Part shown: positions 33,494 through 41,931 of the stretch, piece by piece
Layout: every line of letters starts with the position of its first letter
Position numbering within the stretch: position 1 is the stretch's first letter
From: Burkholderiales bacterium
GTDB taxonomy: Bacteria > Pseudomonadota > Gammaproteobacteria > Burkholderiales > Burkholderiaceae_C
Length of the DNA stretch: 64,000 bases
Assembly (NCBI GenBank): GCA_947381415.1
Contig: CANCVB010000011.1
Span: 3,518 to 67,517, forward strand
Reading direction: 5' to 3'
Program-made: the position numbers and the translations under genes
The notes under the pieces: model-generated
What the model saw: the letters and a program-made list of their open reading frames with translations, nothing else
Told to the model about the DNA's origin: nothing
Database searches by the model: none

Positions 33494-34122
33494 AATGAAG
33501 TAACCGCACAAATACATGGCGGCTGGAGCTCATACGACTGCGGCCACTACCGAAGCGTGGTTCTAGTAACCGCACAAATACATGGCGGCTGGAGCGAAGC
33601 CGATACAGAGGGGTGTTTGTTGCTGTTCTAGTAACCGCACAAATACATGGCGGCTGGAGCGAAGCAAATACAAACAGCCATGGATATTAGTTCTAGTAAC
33701 CGCACAAATACATGGCGGCTGGAGCGATGTAGAGCATTCGGATATTGGTTTCCGTGTTCTAGTAACCGCACAAATACATGGCGGCTGGAGCTGCCATAGG
33801 GTTCTTTCAAATAGTTGAGATGTTCTAGTAACCGCACAAATACATGGCGGCTGGAGCCAAAACCCACCAAGGCAAGGGGTGTGGACAGTTCTAGTAACCG
33901 CACAAATACATGGCGGCTGGAGCCGCCCTCTTGCTCTGTGCACTGGCCGCTGTGTTCTAGTAACCGCACAAATACATGGCGGCTGGAGCTTGATGCAATC
34001 ACTTGATCGTATGTTTCGCTGTTCTAGTAACCGCACAAATACATGGCGGCTGGAGCAAGAACTGTCATAGGTACAGCATTTTTAACGTTCTAGTAACCGC
34101 ACAAATACATGGCGGCTGGAGC
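33494..34122 (-). CRISPR. CRISPR array: 10 repeats of 36 nt (GCTCCAGCCGCCATGTATTTGTGCGGTTACTAGAAC on the minus strand) and 9 spacers of 29-31 nt
   Basis: Nine identical repeats start at 33560, 33625, 33690, 33756, 33822, 33888, 33954, 34021 and 34087, plus an end-degenerate repeat at 33494; spacers are unique; strand inferred. Confidence 0.98.
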
Positions 34123-34131
34123 CGACCCGCT

Positions 34132-35733
34132 TCAAACCTTTGATTGCAAAGGATTTTCTTCAGTTTGGCCATTCGAAAAAAAGGCTTGGTGCAGGTCATG
34201 GTGAGCCTGGGCATGGTGGTTTTTGCACAAAATCTGTACCGCATCAAGTGTGGTGCGCCGCTCTCCTTCGCTGATGGGTCGGGTGTGGTGCACATCCAGC
34301 AAATGCACGGCGGTCACACCGCAGTCTGCGTGCATGCATTGGGGGCCGTGGTGCTTCAAAGCGGCTGCGCGCAGTTGCGCGTTGCGCTCGCGCTGCAAAT
34401 GGGTTTGCAAGACTTCAGCACCCTCTACAAAACCGTCCCAGTCCACATGGAAGCGCTCAGGAATGGCGGGGCGCAAAGCCATGCGAGCGCTTCGGGGGTC
34501 TAGCAGCAGCAGGGTGCATTGGGCGTCGGGGGTGCGCAGCCCTCGGTGCAAGCCTTGGTGGGTGCGGCGCAGCGCCACCACTTGGCTGTCGATGAAGTGG
34601 TTGAGGGCTTGCCCATTCACTGCCATGGGCTGGCCATAAGGCGTTTGCGGGATGACCACGGTTTGCCAGCGCAAGCGGGGTTCGTCCAAGCCCGACCACG
34701 CACCCGCCGCGATCAGTACCCCGCCATCAGGGCAGCGTTGCACAGCATCAGCCAAGGGCTCTTGCGGCATGCGGACCACCGCGTCGGGCAACAACGCACC
34801 CAGTTGGGCGCTCATATGGTGGCTATTGGTCAGCACCAAGCAGGGTTTGGCGGCATGGGCGATGCGCTGCGCCATGGCGTCGTGCGTCAAGGTGTCGGTG
34901 GCCACCTCCACCTTCAGGCTGCCATGCTGTGCGGGGTCGAGGTGGCGGCTTTCGGGGGCGATGGCTTGCAGGCCAAGGCAGCGCACGAAATGGTCAAAAC
35001 GGCCATTGACTTGCAGCGTACCGCTGGTGAAAACACAGCGCGGCACATCGCGCACCAAGGGCTTGAGCATGCGCCCCGGCATGCGGTGCTTGAGCAGCAA
35101 AGCGCCGTCGTCGTCATGACCCACCACTTTGTAGGCCGCAGGGTGGGCCAAGGCATACAAGATGGCACTGGCGGCGCAACGGTCTTCGGCTTGGCTGGCG
35201 TGTTGCAGCACCTTTTGCGCGGCGATCGCCGGTGCCAACGAAGCAGCACCGCAGTCGGCAAGGGTGGCGGCGCTGATGTGGAAGGTGCTGCGCAGATCGG
35301 CGGCATCGGCCAGCAAATCGGCCTCGTCAAACAGCACCACATCACGTTGGCGCAGTTGGGCGTAGCCTGGCTGCAAGCTGTCAATCAAAGCCGCTGCATG
35401 GGTCAGCACCAGCACTTGCGCTTGCATGGCTTGGGTGCGGTGCGTTTGGTAGTCCTGTTCGCTGGCAAAACTGTGGCGGGTTTGCAAAGCCACCACGCTG
35501 ATGGGGTGCGATTCACAGGCCGAGTGAAGTGCAGCGCTTTGCAGGTATTGCTGCATCAATTGTCGCGTGCTCATGGCAATGGCGATGCGTTTGCCCGAGC
35601 GCACCAAGGGAATGCTGTAACCATGGGTTTTGCCCAAACCTGCTGCGGCGCCTGCCAACAAGGGTGGACCAGGGCGCAGCGCGGTCTCGATCAGCTTGGC
35701 ATAGCGCTGTTGCTCAGGGCTGCGAAAACTCAT
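34132..35733 (-). CDS. dinG: DinG-family helicase (Csf4) with C-terminal HNH nuclease, 533 aa
   Basis: AAAGLGKT, DEAD, FTSGTL, GAWSGLD, QGLHRGLR, LLDPR; C-terminal C-x4-C...VHH.RP...LCKNHHAQAH; ATGA overlap with csf2. Confidence 0.9.
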   Translation of the reverse strand: MSFRSPEQQRYAKLIETALRPGPPLLAGAAAGLGKTHGYSIPLVRSGKRIAIAMSTRQLMQQYLQSAALHSACESHPISVVALQTRHSFASEQDYQTHRTQAMQAQVLVLTHAAALIDSLQPGYAQLRQRDVVLFDEADLLADAADLRSTFHISAATLADCGAASLAPAIAAQKVLQHASQAEDRCAASAILYALAHPAAYKVVGHDDDGALLLKHRMPGRMLKPLVRDVPRCVFTSGTLQVNGRFDHFVRCLGLQAIAPESRHLDPAQHGSLKVEVATDTLTHDAMAQRIAHAAKPCLVLTNSHHMSAQLGALLPDAVVRMPQEPLADAVQRCPDGGVLIAAGAWSGLDEPRLRWQTVVIPQTPYGQPMAVNGQALNHFIDSQVVALRRTHQGLHRGLRTPDAQCTLLLLDPRSARMALRPAIPERFHVDWDGFVEGAEVLQTHLQRERNAQLRAAALKHHGPQCMHADCGVTAVHLLDVHHTRPISEGERRTTLDAVQILCKNHHAQAHHDLHQAFFSNGQTEENPLQSKV

Positions 35734-36725
35734 GCCGATGCATGCGCTGGTTCTGCTGCTTGAACAAAGGTCTGACCTTGCGGCGTCCATGCACATTGAG
35801 CCGCTTGCAGACCACCAAAGTCCAGCACCAACAACACCTCGCCATCGGCAGTGCTGAAGCGCACTTGCCCCTTGATCTCGCCGCAACCCCTGGCTTGTTG
35901 CGCACCGATGAACGGTTTTCGGCTCAGGCCGTCAAAGGCGGTGACCAAGGTTTGCAGGTCGAAGGCTTGGGCATGCATCATGGTGAGCTTGCCGCTGAGG
36001 GTGATGCCAGCGGGAATCACTTGCAATTCCAGCAAGTGCTTGGAGTTGTCAGATGTGTCGCCGCCCTTTTGTGTTTTTTTAAGCGCTTTGAGTTCTTCAA
36101 CTTTGGCTGTCAAGGCGTCTATTTTTTCTTGGTCTTTCAGCTTGCGGGCGGCACTCAGTTCGCGCATGCTGAGTTTGATCAAGCCCTCGGCTTTGGAGGC
36201 CAAACCTTGCTTGCCTTGACGCTCATAAAAGCGGTCTTGTTCTGTGTCGTCGAGCAAGCCCATCATGTCTTGGTTGGTGTCCAAGTCGTGTCGAATGTGG
36301 CTGATGTTGTCGGGCAAGACATTGACCGACGGCAAAAGGTGCGAGACATAAAGACGGCTGGCCACCTTCCAGGTGCCAAACAAATCGAGAAACGGGTTTT
36401 GCTGTCGAAATGCGATTTGCTCTTTCAGTTTGATGGCTTCGGGTTCGTCGTCTTCGCTAGGGCGCAGATCTTGTCCCAGTGCCAACAAATATGCATCCTC
36501 CAGCTTGGCTTTGTGGGGGCGCCCGCGCAGTTCGGCGAAAGCAGCTTCGTGGCGCAAGCGGCCCCGCAGTTGCGCGGCGGGGATGTAGACGCTGCGCTGG
36601 TGGCGGCCTTCGGCATCGATGCCACGGGTCAGCAGGGGCAGGCCATCTGTGCCGTGGTGGGTGAAGGTCAGGGGTTGCACGGTGTGCAGGTCGATGGTGG
36701 CAACCAAGGTAAGGCTAGAGGTCAT
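35730..36725 (-). CDS. csf2: Type IV CRISPR backbone subunit Csf2 (Cas7-like), 331 aa
   Basis: VYIPAAQLRGRLRH, NPFLDLFG, Gly-rich IGAQQARGCG; position in the cas operon. Confidence 0.85.
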   Translation of the reverse strand: MTSSLTLVATIDLHTVQPLTFTHHGTDGLPLLTRGIDAEGRHQRSVYIPAAQLRGRLRHEAAFAELRGRPHKAKLEDAYLLALGQDLRPSEDDEPEAIKLKEQIAFRQQNPFLDLFGTWKVASRLYVSHLLPSVNVLPDNISHIRHDLDTNQDMMGLLDDTEQDRFYERQGKQGLASKAEGLIKLSMRELSAARKLKDQEKIDALTAKVEELKALKKTQKGGDTSDNSKHLLELQVIPAGITLSGKLTMMHAQAFDLQTLVTAFDGLSRKPFIGAQQARGCGEIKGQVRFSTADGEVLLVLDFGGLQAAQCAWTPQGQTFVQAAEPAHASA

Positions 36726-36742
36726 GGTGTGGTCTTTCGGGG

Positions 36743-37225
36743 TTATTGAACGATCAAGAGGTTCAGGCCAAAGGCTTTGCCCACCTTGCCAATGCCTTTG
36801 CTCAGGCACAGGGCAAACGCTGCGGGCTCGTTCACTTTCAAAAGGCCGGTGAATTCAGTGGCGTCTAACTTGAAGCGTCTGCCGTCATGGGTTTGCACTT
36901 CTTGCATGCCGGGTGTGATGTGCACGCCGACAATTTCAAAGCCGTGCTTCATGCCTTGTTTGTCCAGCCAAGCCCTGCGACCACGCCAATCAGCCAAAGG
37001 CAGGTATTTGTGTTTGTGGCCGCTACTGAACGACACGCAAGCGGTGGTGGTGAACGCCAACAATTTGCCACTGTCGTAGTGGGGCGGTGTGGCCTCTTCG
37101 GGGCGGATGCGCAGTTGTTGCCCCTCATCGGCCCACAAAGCGGGTTTGCCGTTTCGGTATTGCTCAACAATGCGGTGCAAGGCATAGCCACGCACACGCG
37201 GGGGTTTGTCTATCAAGATGTCCAT
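36743..37225 (-). CDS. cas6: Compact Cas6e-like crRNA-processing RAMP, 160 aa
   Basis: WLDKQGMKHGF, FTGLLKV, GIGKVGKAFG C-terminal Gly loop; ATG after GGAGAA. Confidence 0.8.
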   Translation of the reverse strand: MDILIDKPPRVRGYALHRIVEQYRNGKPALWADEGQQLRIRPEEATPPHYDSGKLLAFTTTACVSFSSGHKHKYLPLADWRGRRAWLDKQGMKHGFEIVGVHITPGMQEVQTHDGRRFKLDATEFTGLLKVNEPAAFALCLSKGIGKVGKAFGLNLLIVQ

Positions 37226-37626
37226 GTTTTCTCCTGGGTGGCGTCGTAGGTGTGGACTTTGCCTTCGCTGCACAAGCGAGCTGCGCGTGGGTCATAGGTG
37301 ACAAACAGGTCCCGAGCGGTCATGTTTCGCTTGCCCAGAGCAAGCAAGATGCATGGATCGCCAGACTGAAGGGCTTCTTTGATGGCGGTTTTGCGCTCCA
37401 TGTCTTGGCGAAAACCAAGCGCAGGTAAGAACTTGAAGTTGGTGGCCACCCATTGCGGTGTGACCACCATCCAACAAGTTTGAATGCGTCTTTGTTTTTT
37501 GCTCTTCTGGATAGTTAGCGACAGACGCAATAGCGTGTCTGCGTCGGTCACAGCATCTTGGGTCTGTTGGTCAGTTGGCAGCAGGCGGTAACCGACATGG
37601 CGCATGAAAAAATCGGGTCCGTTCAT
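37213..37626 (-). CDS. Putative reduced Csf1 (Cas8-like) subunit, 137 aa
   Basis: Coupled between csf3 and cas6; weak Csf1-like segments (CWMVVT, DPCILLALGK); identity is mostly positional. Confidence 0.45.
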   Translation of the reverse strand: MNGPDFFMRHVGYRLLPTDQQTQDAVTDADTLLRLSLTIQKSKKQRRIQTCWMVVTPQWVATNFKFLPALGFRQDMERKTAIKEALQSGDPCILLALGKRNMTARDLFVTYDPRAARLCSEGKVHTYDATQEKTWTS

Positions 37627-37629
37627 GGC

Positions 37630-38250
37630 TCATACCTGTGGCGCAAAACATCGGGTGCGGTTGCGCACATCCCAATAGGGGGCTTTCCAAGCGGCTTCGA
37701 CAGCAACCCAATCGCCGCCTTGTGTCCAGCGCTCAGTGGGCACAGGACGCAAGGGGTCGTCTGCATAGCCCACCACGCCATCCAGTTCGCCAACCTCTGC
37801 ATCCCAGCGAACCACTTCGCCATAGCCTGCGGTTCTGCGCTTACCAATGAAAGGGATGGAGCGCACCACCTCCAACACAGCTTTCATGTCGCCCGTGGCA
37901 TACCACTCGATGGCGTTGGCAACAGTCGCGGTGTAGGCGTTGATGATGTTGCCGGCTTCACGCTGCCTGCCCAAGCCAATTTTCAGGTCACCGTCTTTGG
38001 TGTTGGACTGCAACAGCGCCAACCAATGGGGCGAGTGTTCTGGCCGCATGCTGGCCACAAACGACGCTCGTTGCGTGGCGTGGGCTTCTACCGCAAAGCC
38101 CGAACTGGCAAAGTACAAATCGTTTTCGCAATGCAGCAGGTGGGACACATCACCACAGGCCAAGCTCGACATGAGCAGCGCATCCAAGGTGACGTGACCG
38201 CGCCGAATCACGGGGGTGCGCAAGTGTGCGCGAAGGACAAAAGGATTCAA
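37630..38250 (-). CDS. csf3: Type IV CRISPR Csf3 (Cas5-like), 206 aa
   Basis: TLDALL, EWYATGD, IGKRRTAGYGEV, RPVP, APYW motifs; TTG start after AGGAAG. Confidence 0.85.
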   Translation of the reverse strand: MNPFVLRAHLRTPVIRRGHVTLDALLMSSLACGDVSHLLHCENDLYFASSGFAVEAHATQRASFVASMRPEHSPHWLALLQSNTKDGDLKIGLGRQREAGNIINAYTATVANAIEWYATGDMKAVLEVVRSIPFIGKRRTAGYGEVVRWDAEVGELDGVVGYADDPLRPVPTERWTQGGDWVAVEAAWKAPYWDVRNRTRCFAPQV

Positions 38251-38318
38251 GCATGCTTCCTTTGAAGTTCATGGGCGGTTCAGCCGATGTGTTGAAATGA
38301 GTGGAACTTATAGAAGTA

Positions 38319-38347
38319 ATATTAAGCGAAATACCGATAAATATGAA
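38319..38347 (-). promoter_or_regulatory. Candidate promoter of the cas operon
   Basis: TTCATA-N17-TAATAT on the minus strand within an AT-rich stretch. Confidence 0.35.
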
Positions 38348-38429
38348 ATCTTTAATACGAATTAATGTGTGTTTCCAACCCAAGATCTTTGGGCAGGAAG
38401 GGATGGTCGTGTGAAACGCATGAGCCATG

Positions 38430-38456
38430 AAAAAAGCCAGACGATGGTCTGGCTTT
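38430..38456 (-). terminator. Intrinsic terminator upstream of the cas promoter region
   Basis: 10-bp stem AAAGCCAGAC/GTCTGGCTTT followed by a U-run on the minus strand. Confidence 0.65.
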
Positions 38457-38486
38457 GTCGTTGAGGTTGGGAGGGAATTACAGATC

Positions 38487-38526
38487 GATGTCTTTGGCTT
38501 CAAAGTAAGACGCAGCCAAAGACATC
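38487..38526. repeat. 35-bp direct repeat, copy 2 (38491-38525), inside a perfect 13-bp inverted repeat
   Basis: GATGTCTTTGGCT-N14-AGCCAAAGACATC; core identical to 32276-32310. Confidence 0.9.
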
Positions 38527-38615
38527 ACCATCCAGATAACCAAGCTTTCATCCCCCTCATGCTTGAAGCTGTCAGAATCGGCCCCACATCCAAAATTCAA
38601 ACAGACAAGCGACCC

Positions 38616-39911
38616 ATGGTTCCTCACCTCATCACAGCGCTCACCGGCCCCATCAACGAGCTCGAGCAACGCATCCTCGACTCCATGCCCGCCATCGAGC
38701 GCTGGTTTCGCATGGAATGGATGGAGCACACCCCCCCTTTTTACAGCTCGGTGGACATCCGCAACGCCGGTTTCAAGCTCGCGCCAGTCGACACCAACCT
38801 CTACCCTGGTGGCTGGAACAACCTCACACCCGAGATGCTGCCCTTGGCGGTGCAAGCGGCGATGGCCGCGATTGAGAAAATTTGCCCCGAGGCGCGCAAC
38901 CTGCTTCTCATCCCCGAGAACCACACGCGCAACACCTTCTACCTGAGCAATGTGGCGCAGTTGGCGCGCATCTTCAACATGGCGGGCCTGAATGTGCGCA
39001 TTGGCTCGATCAACCCCGAGATCAAAGAAGACACGGTGATTGACTTACCCAATGGTGAATCCGTGAAATTGGAGCCCGTGATTCGCAGCAAAACCCGCTT
39101 GGGGCTCAAAGACTTCGACCCTTGCACCATCTTGCTTAACAACGATTTGAGCGCAGGCATTCCTGGCATCTTGGAAGATTTGCACGAGCAATACCTGCTG
39201 CCGCCCTTGCACGCGGGGTGGTGTGTGCGGCGCAAAAGCCAGCATTTCGCCAACTATGAAGAGGTGTCTAAGCGTTTTGGCAAGTTGCTCGGCATCGACC
39301 CTTGGTTGATCAACCCCATGTTCAGCCACTGTGGCGAGGTCAATTTCGCAGAAGGCACCGGCATGGAGTGTCTGACCACCAATGTCGATATGTTGTTGAC
39401 CAAAATCCGGCGCAAGTACAAGGAATTTGGCATCCATGAAAAGCCCTTTGTCATTGTCAAGGCGGACAACGGCACCTATGGCATGGGCATCATGACCGTG
39501 CGCAGCGTGGCCGATCTGGAGGCGCTCAACCGCAAAACCCGTAACAAAATGAGCGTGGTCAAAGACGGTCAAGAGGTCAACCAGGTCATCATCCAAGAAG
39601 GGGTGCTGACCAACGAGCGTATCAACGACGCGGTGGCCGAGCCGGTGGTGTACATGATGGACCGCTATGTGGTGGGTGGCTTTTACCGCGTGCATGCCGA
39701 GCGCGGCGTGGACGAAAACCTGAATGCCCCAGGATCGAGCTTTGTGCCCTTGGCCTTTGAGCAAAGTGCACACACGCCCCAGCCAGGTGCCAAGGCCGGT
39801 GTCAGTTTGCCCAACCGTTTTTACATGTATGGCGTGATTGCCCGTTTGGCCATGTTGGCTGCAAGCTACGAAATCGAGCAAACCGACCCCAATGCCGAGG
39901 TATACGAATAA
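38616..39911 (+). CDS. gshA: Glutamate--cysteine ligase (betaproteobacterial type)
   Basis: MVPHL..AL, PPFYSSVDIRNAGFKLAPVDTNLYPGG, KADNGTYGMG motifs. Confidence 0.92.
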   Translation: MVPHLITALTGPINELEQRILDSMPAIERWFRMEWMEHTPPFYSSVDIRNAGFKLAPVDTNLYPGGWNNLTPEMLPLAVQAAMAAIEKICPEARNLLLIPENHTRNTFYLSNVAQLARIFNMAGLNVRIGSINPEIKEDTVIDLPNGESVKLEPVIRSKTRLGLKDFDPCTILLNNDLSAGIPGILEDLHEQYLLPPLHAGWCVRRKSQHFANYEEVSKRFGKLLGIDPWLINPMFSHCGEVNFAEGTGMECLTTNVDMLLTKIRRKYKEFGIHEKPFVIVKADNGTYGMGIMTVRSVADLEALNRKTRNKMSVVKDGQEVNQVIIQEGVLTNERINDAVAEPVVYMMDRYVVGGFYRVHAERGVDENLNAPGSSFVPLAFEQSAHTPQPGAKAGVSLPNRFYMYGVIARLAMLAASYEIEQTDPNAEVYE

Positions 39912-39999
39912 AAAAGCATGCCTGTGCTGCACTGCAATATAGGTAAACTCCGCGCATCTTGTAAATGGATGGAGAGGCGATCAGCCGCTTCATAGGCTG

Positions 40000-41883
40000 A
40001 TGAGCGGTTCTGACTTAGATTCACACAAATCTTCACTTGCCAGTTTGACTTTGGGCGCTATCGGGGTTGTCTACGGTGACATTGGCACCAGTGTTCTTTA
40101 CTCTATCAAAGAGGTGTTTGGTTCGGGTCATGTGGCTTTCACACCTGACAATGTGATGGGTATTTTGTCCATCTTTTTCTGGACCCTGACCTTCATTGTT
40201 TCGATTAAATATGTGATGTTGGTGCTGCGTGCGGATAACAACGGCGAGGGCGGTTTGGTCGCCATGCTGGCGCTGGCTTCTTCCTCGGTGCGCGACAAGC
40301 CACGGCTGCGCAGCATTTTGCTGGTCGTGGGCATTTTTGGCACCTGTTTGTTTTATGGCGATGGTGTCATCACACCGGCGATTTCGGTGTTGTCTGCGGT
40401 AGAGGGCTTGGAGGTGGTCTCGCCTAACTTCAAGCGCTACGTCATTCCCTTGACCCTGATTATTTTGTTGTGTTTGTTTGCCGTGCAAAAGCGCGGAACA
40501 GGTGGCATCGGCAAATTTTTTGGCCCCATCACCTTGGTCTGGTTTGCCTCGATTGCCGCTTTGGGCGTCTACCACATCGCCAGTAATCCGGCGATTTTGT
40601 GGGCCATCAGCCCTTACTACGCTGTCCATTTCATTTGGGAACAACCCGGCACCACGTTTTTGATTTTGGGCGCGGTCGTGTTGTGTGTGACCGGTGGCGA
40701 GGCGCTGTATGCCGACATGGGGCACTTTGGCAAAAAGCCCATCCGTTTGGCCTGGTTTGGCATCGTCATGCCTTGTTTGACTTTGAACTATTTCGGCCAA
40801 GGTGCTTTGCTGTTGACGGAACCTTCCGCGGTAGAGAACCCCTTCTTCAACATGGCCCCTGATTGGGCGTTGATCCCCTTGGTGATCTTGGCGACAGCGG
40901 CCACCGTGATTGCCTCACAGGCCTTGATCACCGGCGCATTCAGCGTCACCAAGCAGGTGATTCAGTTGGGCTTTTTGCCGCGTTTGCAAGTGCAGCACAC
41001 CAGCGAAAAAGACACCGGGCAAATCTTCATGCCGTTTGTGAACTGGGGCTTGTTTGTATGGATTGTGTTGGCGGTGGTGATGTTCAAAACCTCCAGTAAT
41101 TTGGCGGCGGCCTATGGTATTGCGGTGTGTACCGACATGCTGATCACCACGGTGCTGACTTTCTTTGTGATTCGCTATGCATGGAAATACCCCCTGTGGC
41201 TGTGCATCAGCGCCACCTCGGTGTTCTTTGTGGTGGACTTGGCCTTTTGGAGCTCCAACCTCTTAAAGCTGGTTGACGGTGGCTGGTTCCCGCTGTTCAT
41301 TGGCGGCATGATTTTGGTGTTGATGCTGACCTGGCGTGATGGCCGCGCCTTGTTGCACCACAAGACCCGCAACGAAGCCATGGAGCTGTCGTCGTTTTTG
41401 GATGCTTTGTTCATCGCACCGCCCACCCGCGTGGAGGGCACGGCGGTGTTTCTCACTTCCGAAGACGGCATCGTGCCCAATGCCATGCTGCACAACCTCA
41501 AGCACAACAAGGTGGTGCACGCGCAAAACCTGTTTGTGTCGGTGCGCAGCCATGAGGTGCCCTGGATCGCTGAAAACCAGCGTATTGAGTTGACCGACAT
41601 GGGTCACCAGTGTTGGCAAGTGAAGATCCACTATGGCTTCAAGGATGACCCCGATGTGCCCGGCGCGCTGTCTCTGCTCAAAGGCCAGGTGGGCAGTATC
41701 GATCCCATGAGCACCAGCTTTTTTCTCTCGCGTGACAGCATCGTGCCCACGGTGGGTGGTGGCATGGCGCAGTGGCGTGAGAAGCTGTTTGCCCAGATGT
41801 ACCTCAATGCCAGCGCAGCAGCGGACTTTCTTAACCTGCCCAGCAACTCGGTGGTTGAGATGGGTAGCAAGATCGAAATTTAA
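40000..41883 (+). CDS. kup: Potassium uptake protein Kup
   Basis: [21 protein letters not shown] motifs. Confidence 0.96.
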   Translation: MSGSDLDSHKSSLASLTLGAIGVVYGDIGTSVLYSIKEVFGSGHVAFTPDNVMGILSIFFWTLTFIVSIKYVMLVLRADNNGEGGLVAMLALASSSVRDKPRLRSILLVVGIFGTCLFYGDGVITPAISVLSAVEGLEVVSPNFKRYVIPLTLIILLCLFAVQKRGTGGIGKFFGPITLVWFASIAALGVYHIASNPAILWAISPYYAVHFIWEQPGTTFLILGAVVLCVTGGEALYADMGHFGKKPIRLAWFGIVMPCLTLNYFGQGALLLTEPSAVENPFFNMAPDWALIPLVILATAATVIASQALITGAFSVTKQVIQLGFLPRLQVQHTSEKDTGQIFMPFVNWGLFVWIVLAVVMFKTSSNLAAAYGIAVCTDMLITTVLTFFVIRYAWKYPLWLCISATSVFFVVDLAFWSSNLLKLVDGGWFPLFIGGMILVLMLTWRDGRALLHHKTRNEAMELSSFLDALFIAPPTRVEGTAVFLTSEDGIVPNAMLHNLKHNKVVHAQNLFVSVRSHEVPWIAENQRIELTDMGHQCWQVKIHYGFKDDPDVPGALSLLKGQVGSIDPMSTSFFLSRDSIVPTVGGGMAQWREKLFAQMYLNASAAADFLNLPSNSVVEMGSKIEI

Positions 41884-41931
41884 GTCAACGGCAGGCCAAA
41901 CTTGCCTGCCGGTGCTGGTAACCTAGGGTCT

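Noticed and set aside
33563-34070. ORFs of 63-157 aa running through the CRISPR array
   Set aside because: Their periodic peptides (LQPPCICAVTRT, SSRHVFVRLLE) are simply translations of the repeat.
33530-34086. Self-targeting of the NYN or cas promoters by a spacer
   Set aside because: By eye only 7-nt matches were found in the flanking intergenic regions. A proper short-word search could still reveal seed matches.
34519-36749. Long plus-strand ORFs (414 aa and 406 aa) opposite dinG and csf2
   Set aside because: Antisense shadows of GC-rich genes with no recognisable motifs; the minus-strand frames carry the motifs and the coupled starts.
27937-38525. Prophage, ICE or transposon as carrier of the CRISPR locus
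   Set aside because: No integrase, transposase, relaxase or phage structural gene is recognisable in the interval.
38427-38615. 63-aa N-terminal extension of GshA given by the ORF track
   Set aside because: The family N-terminus begins at MVPHL (38616); the extension crosses a terminator and the direct repeat.
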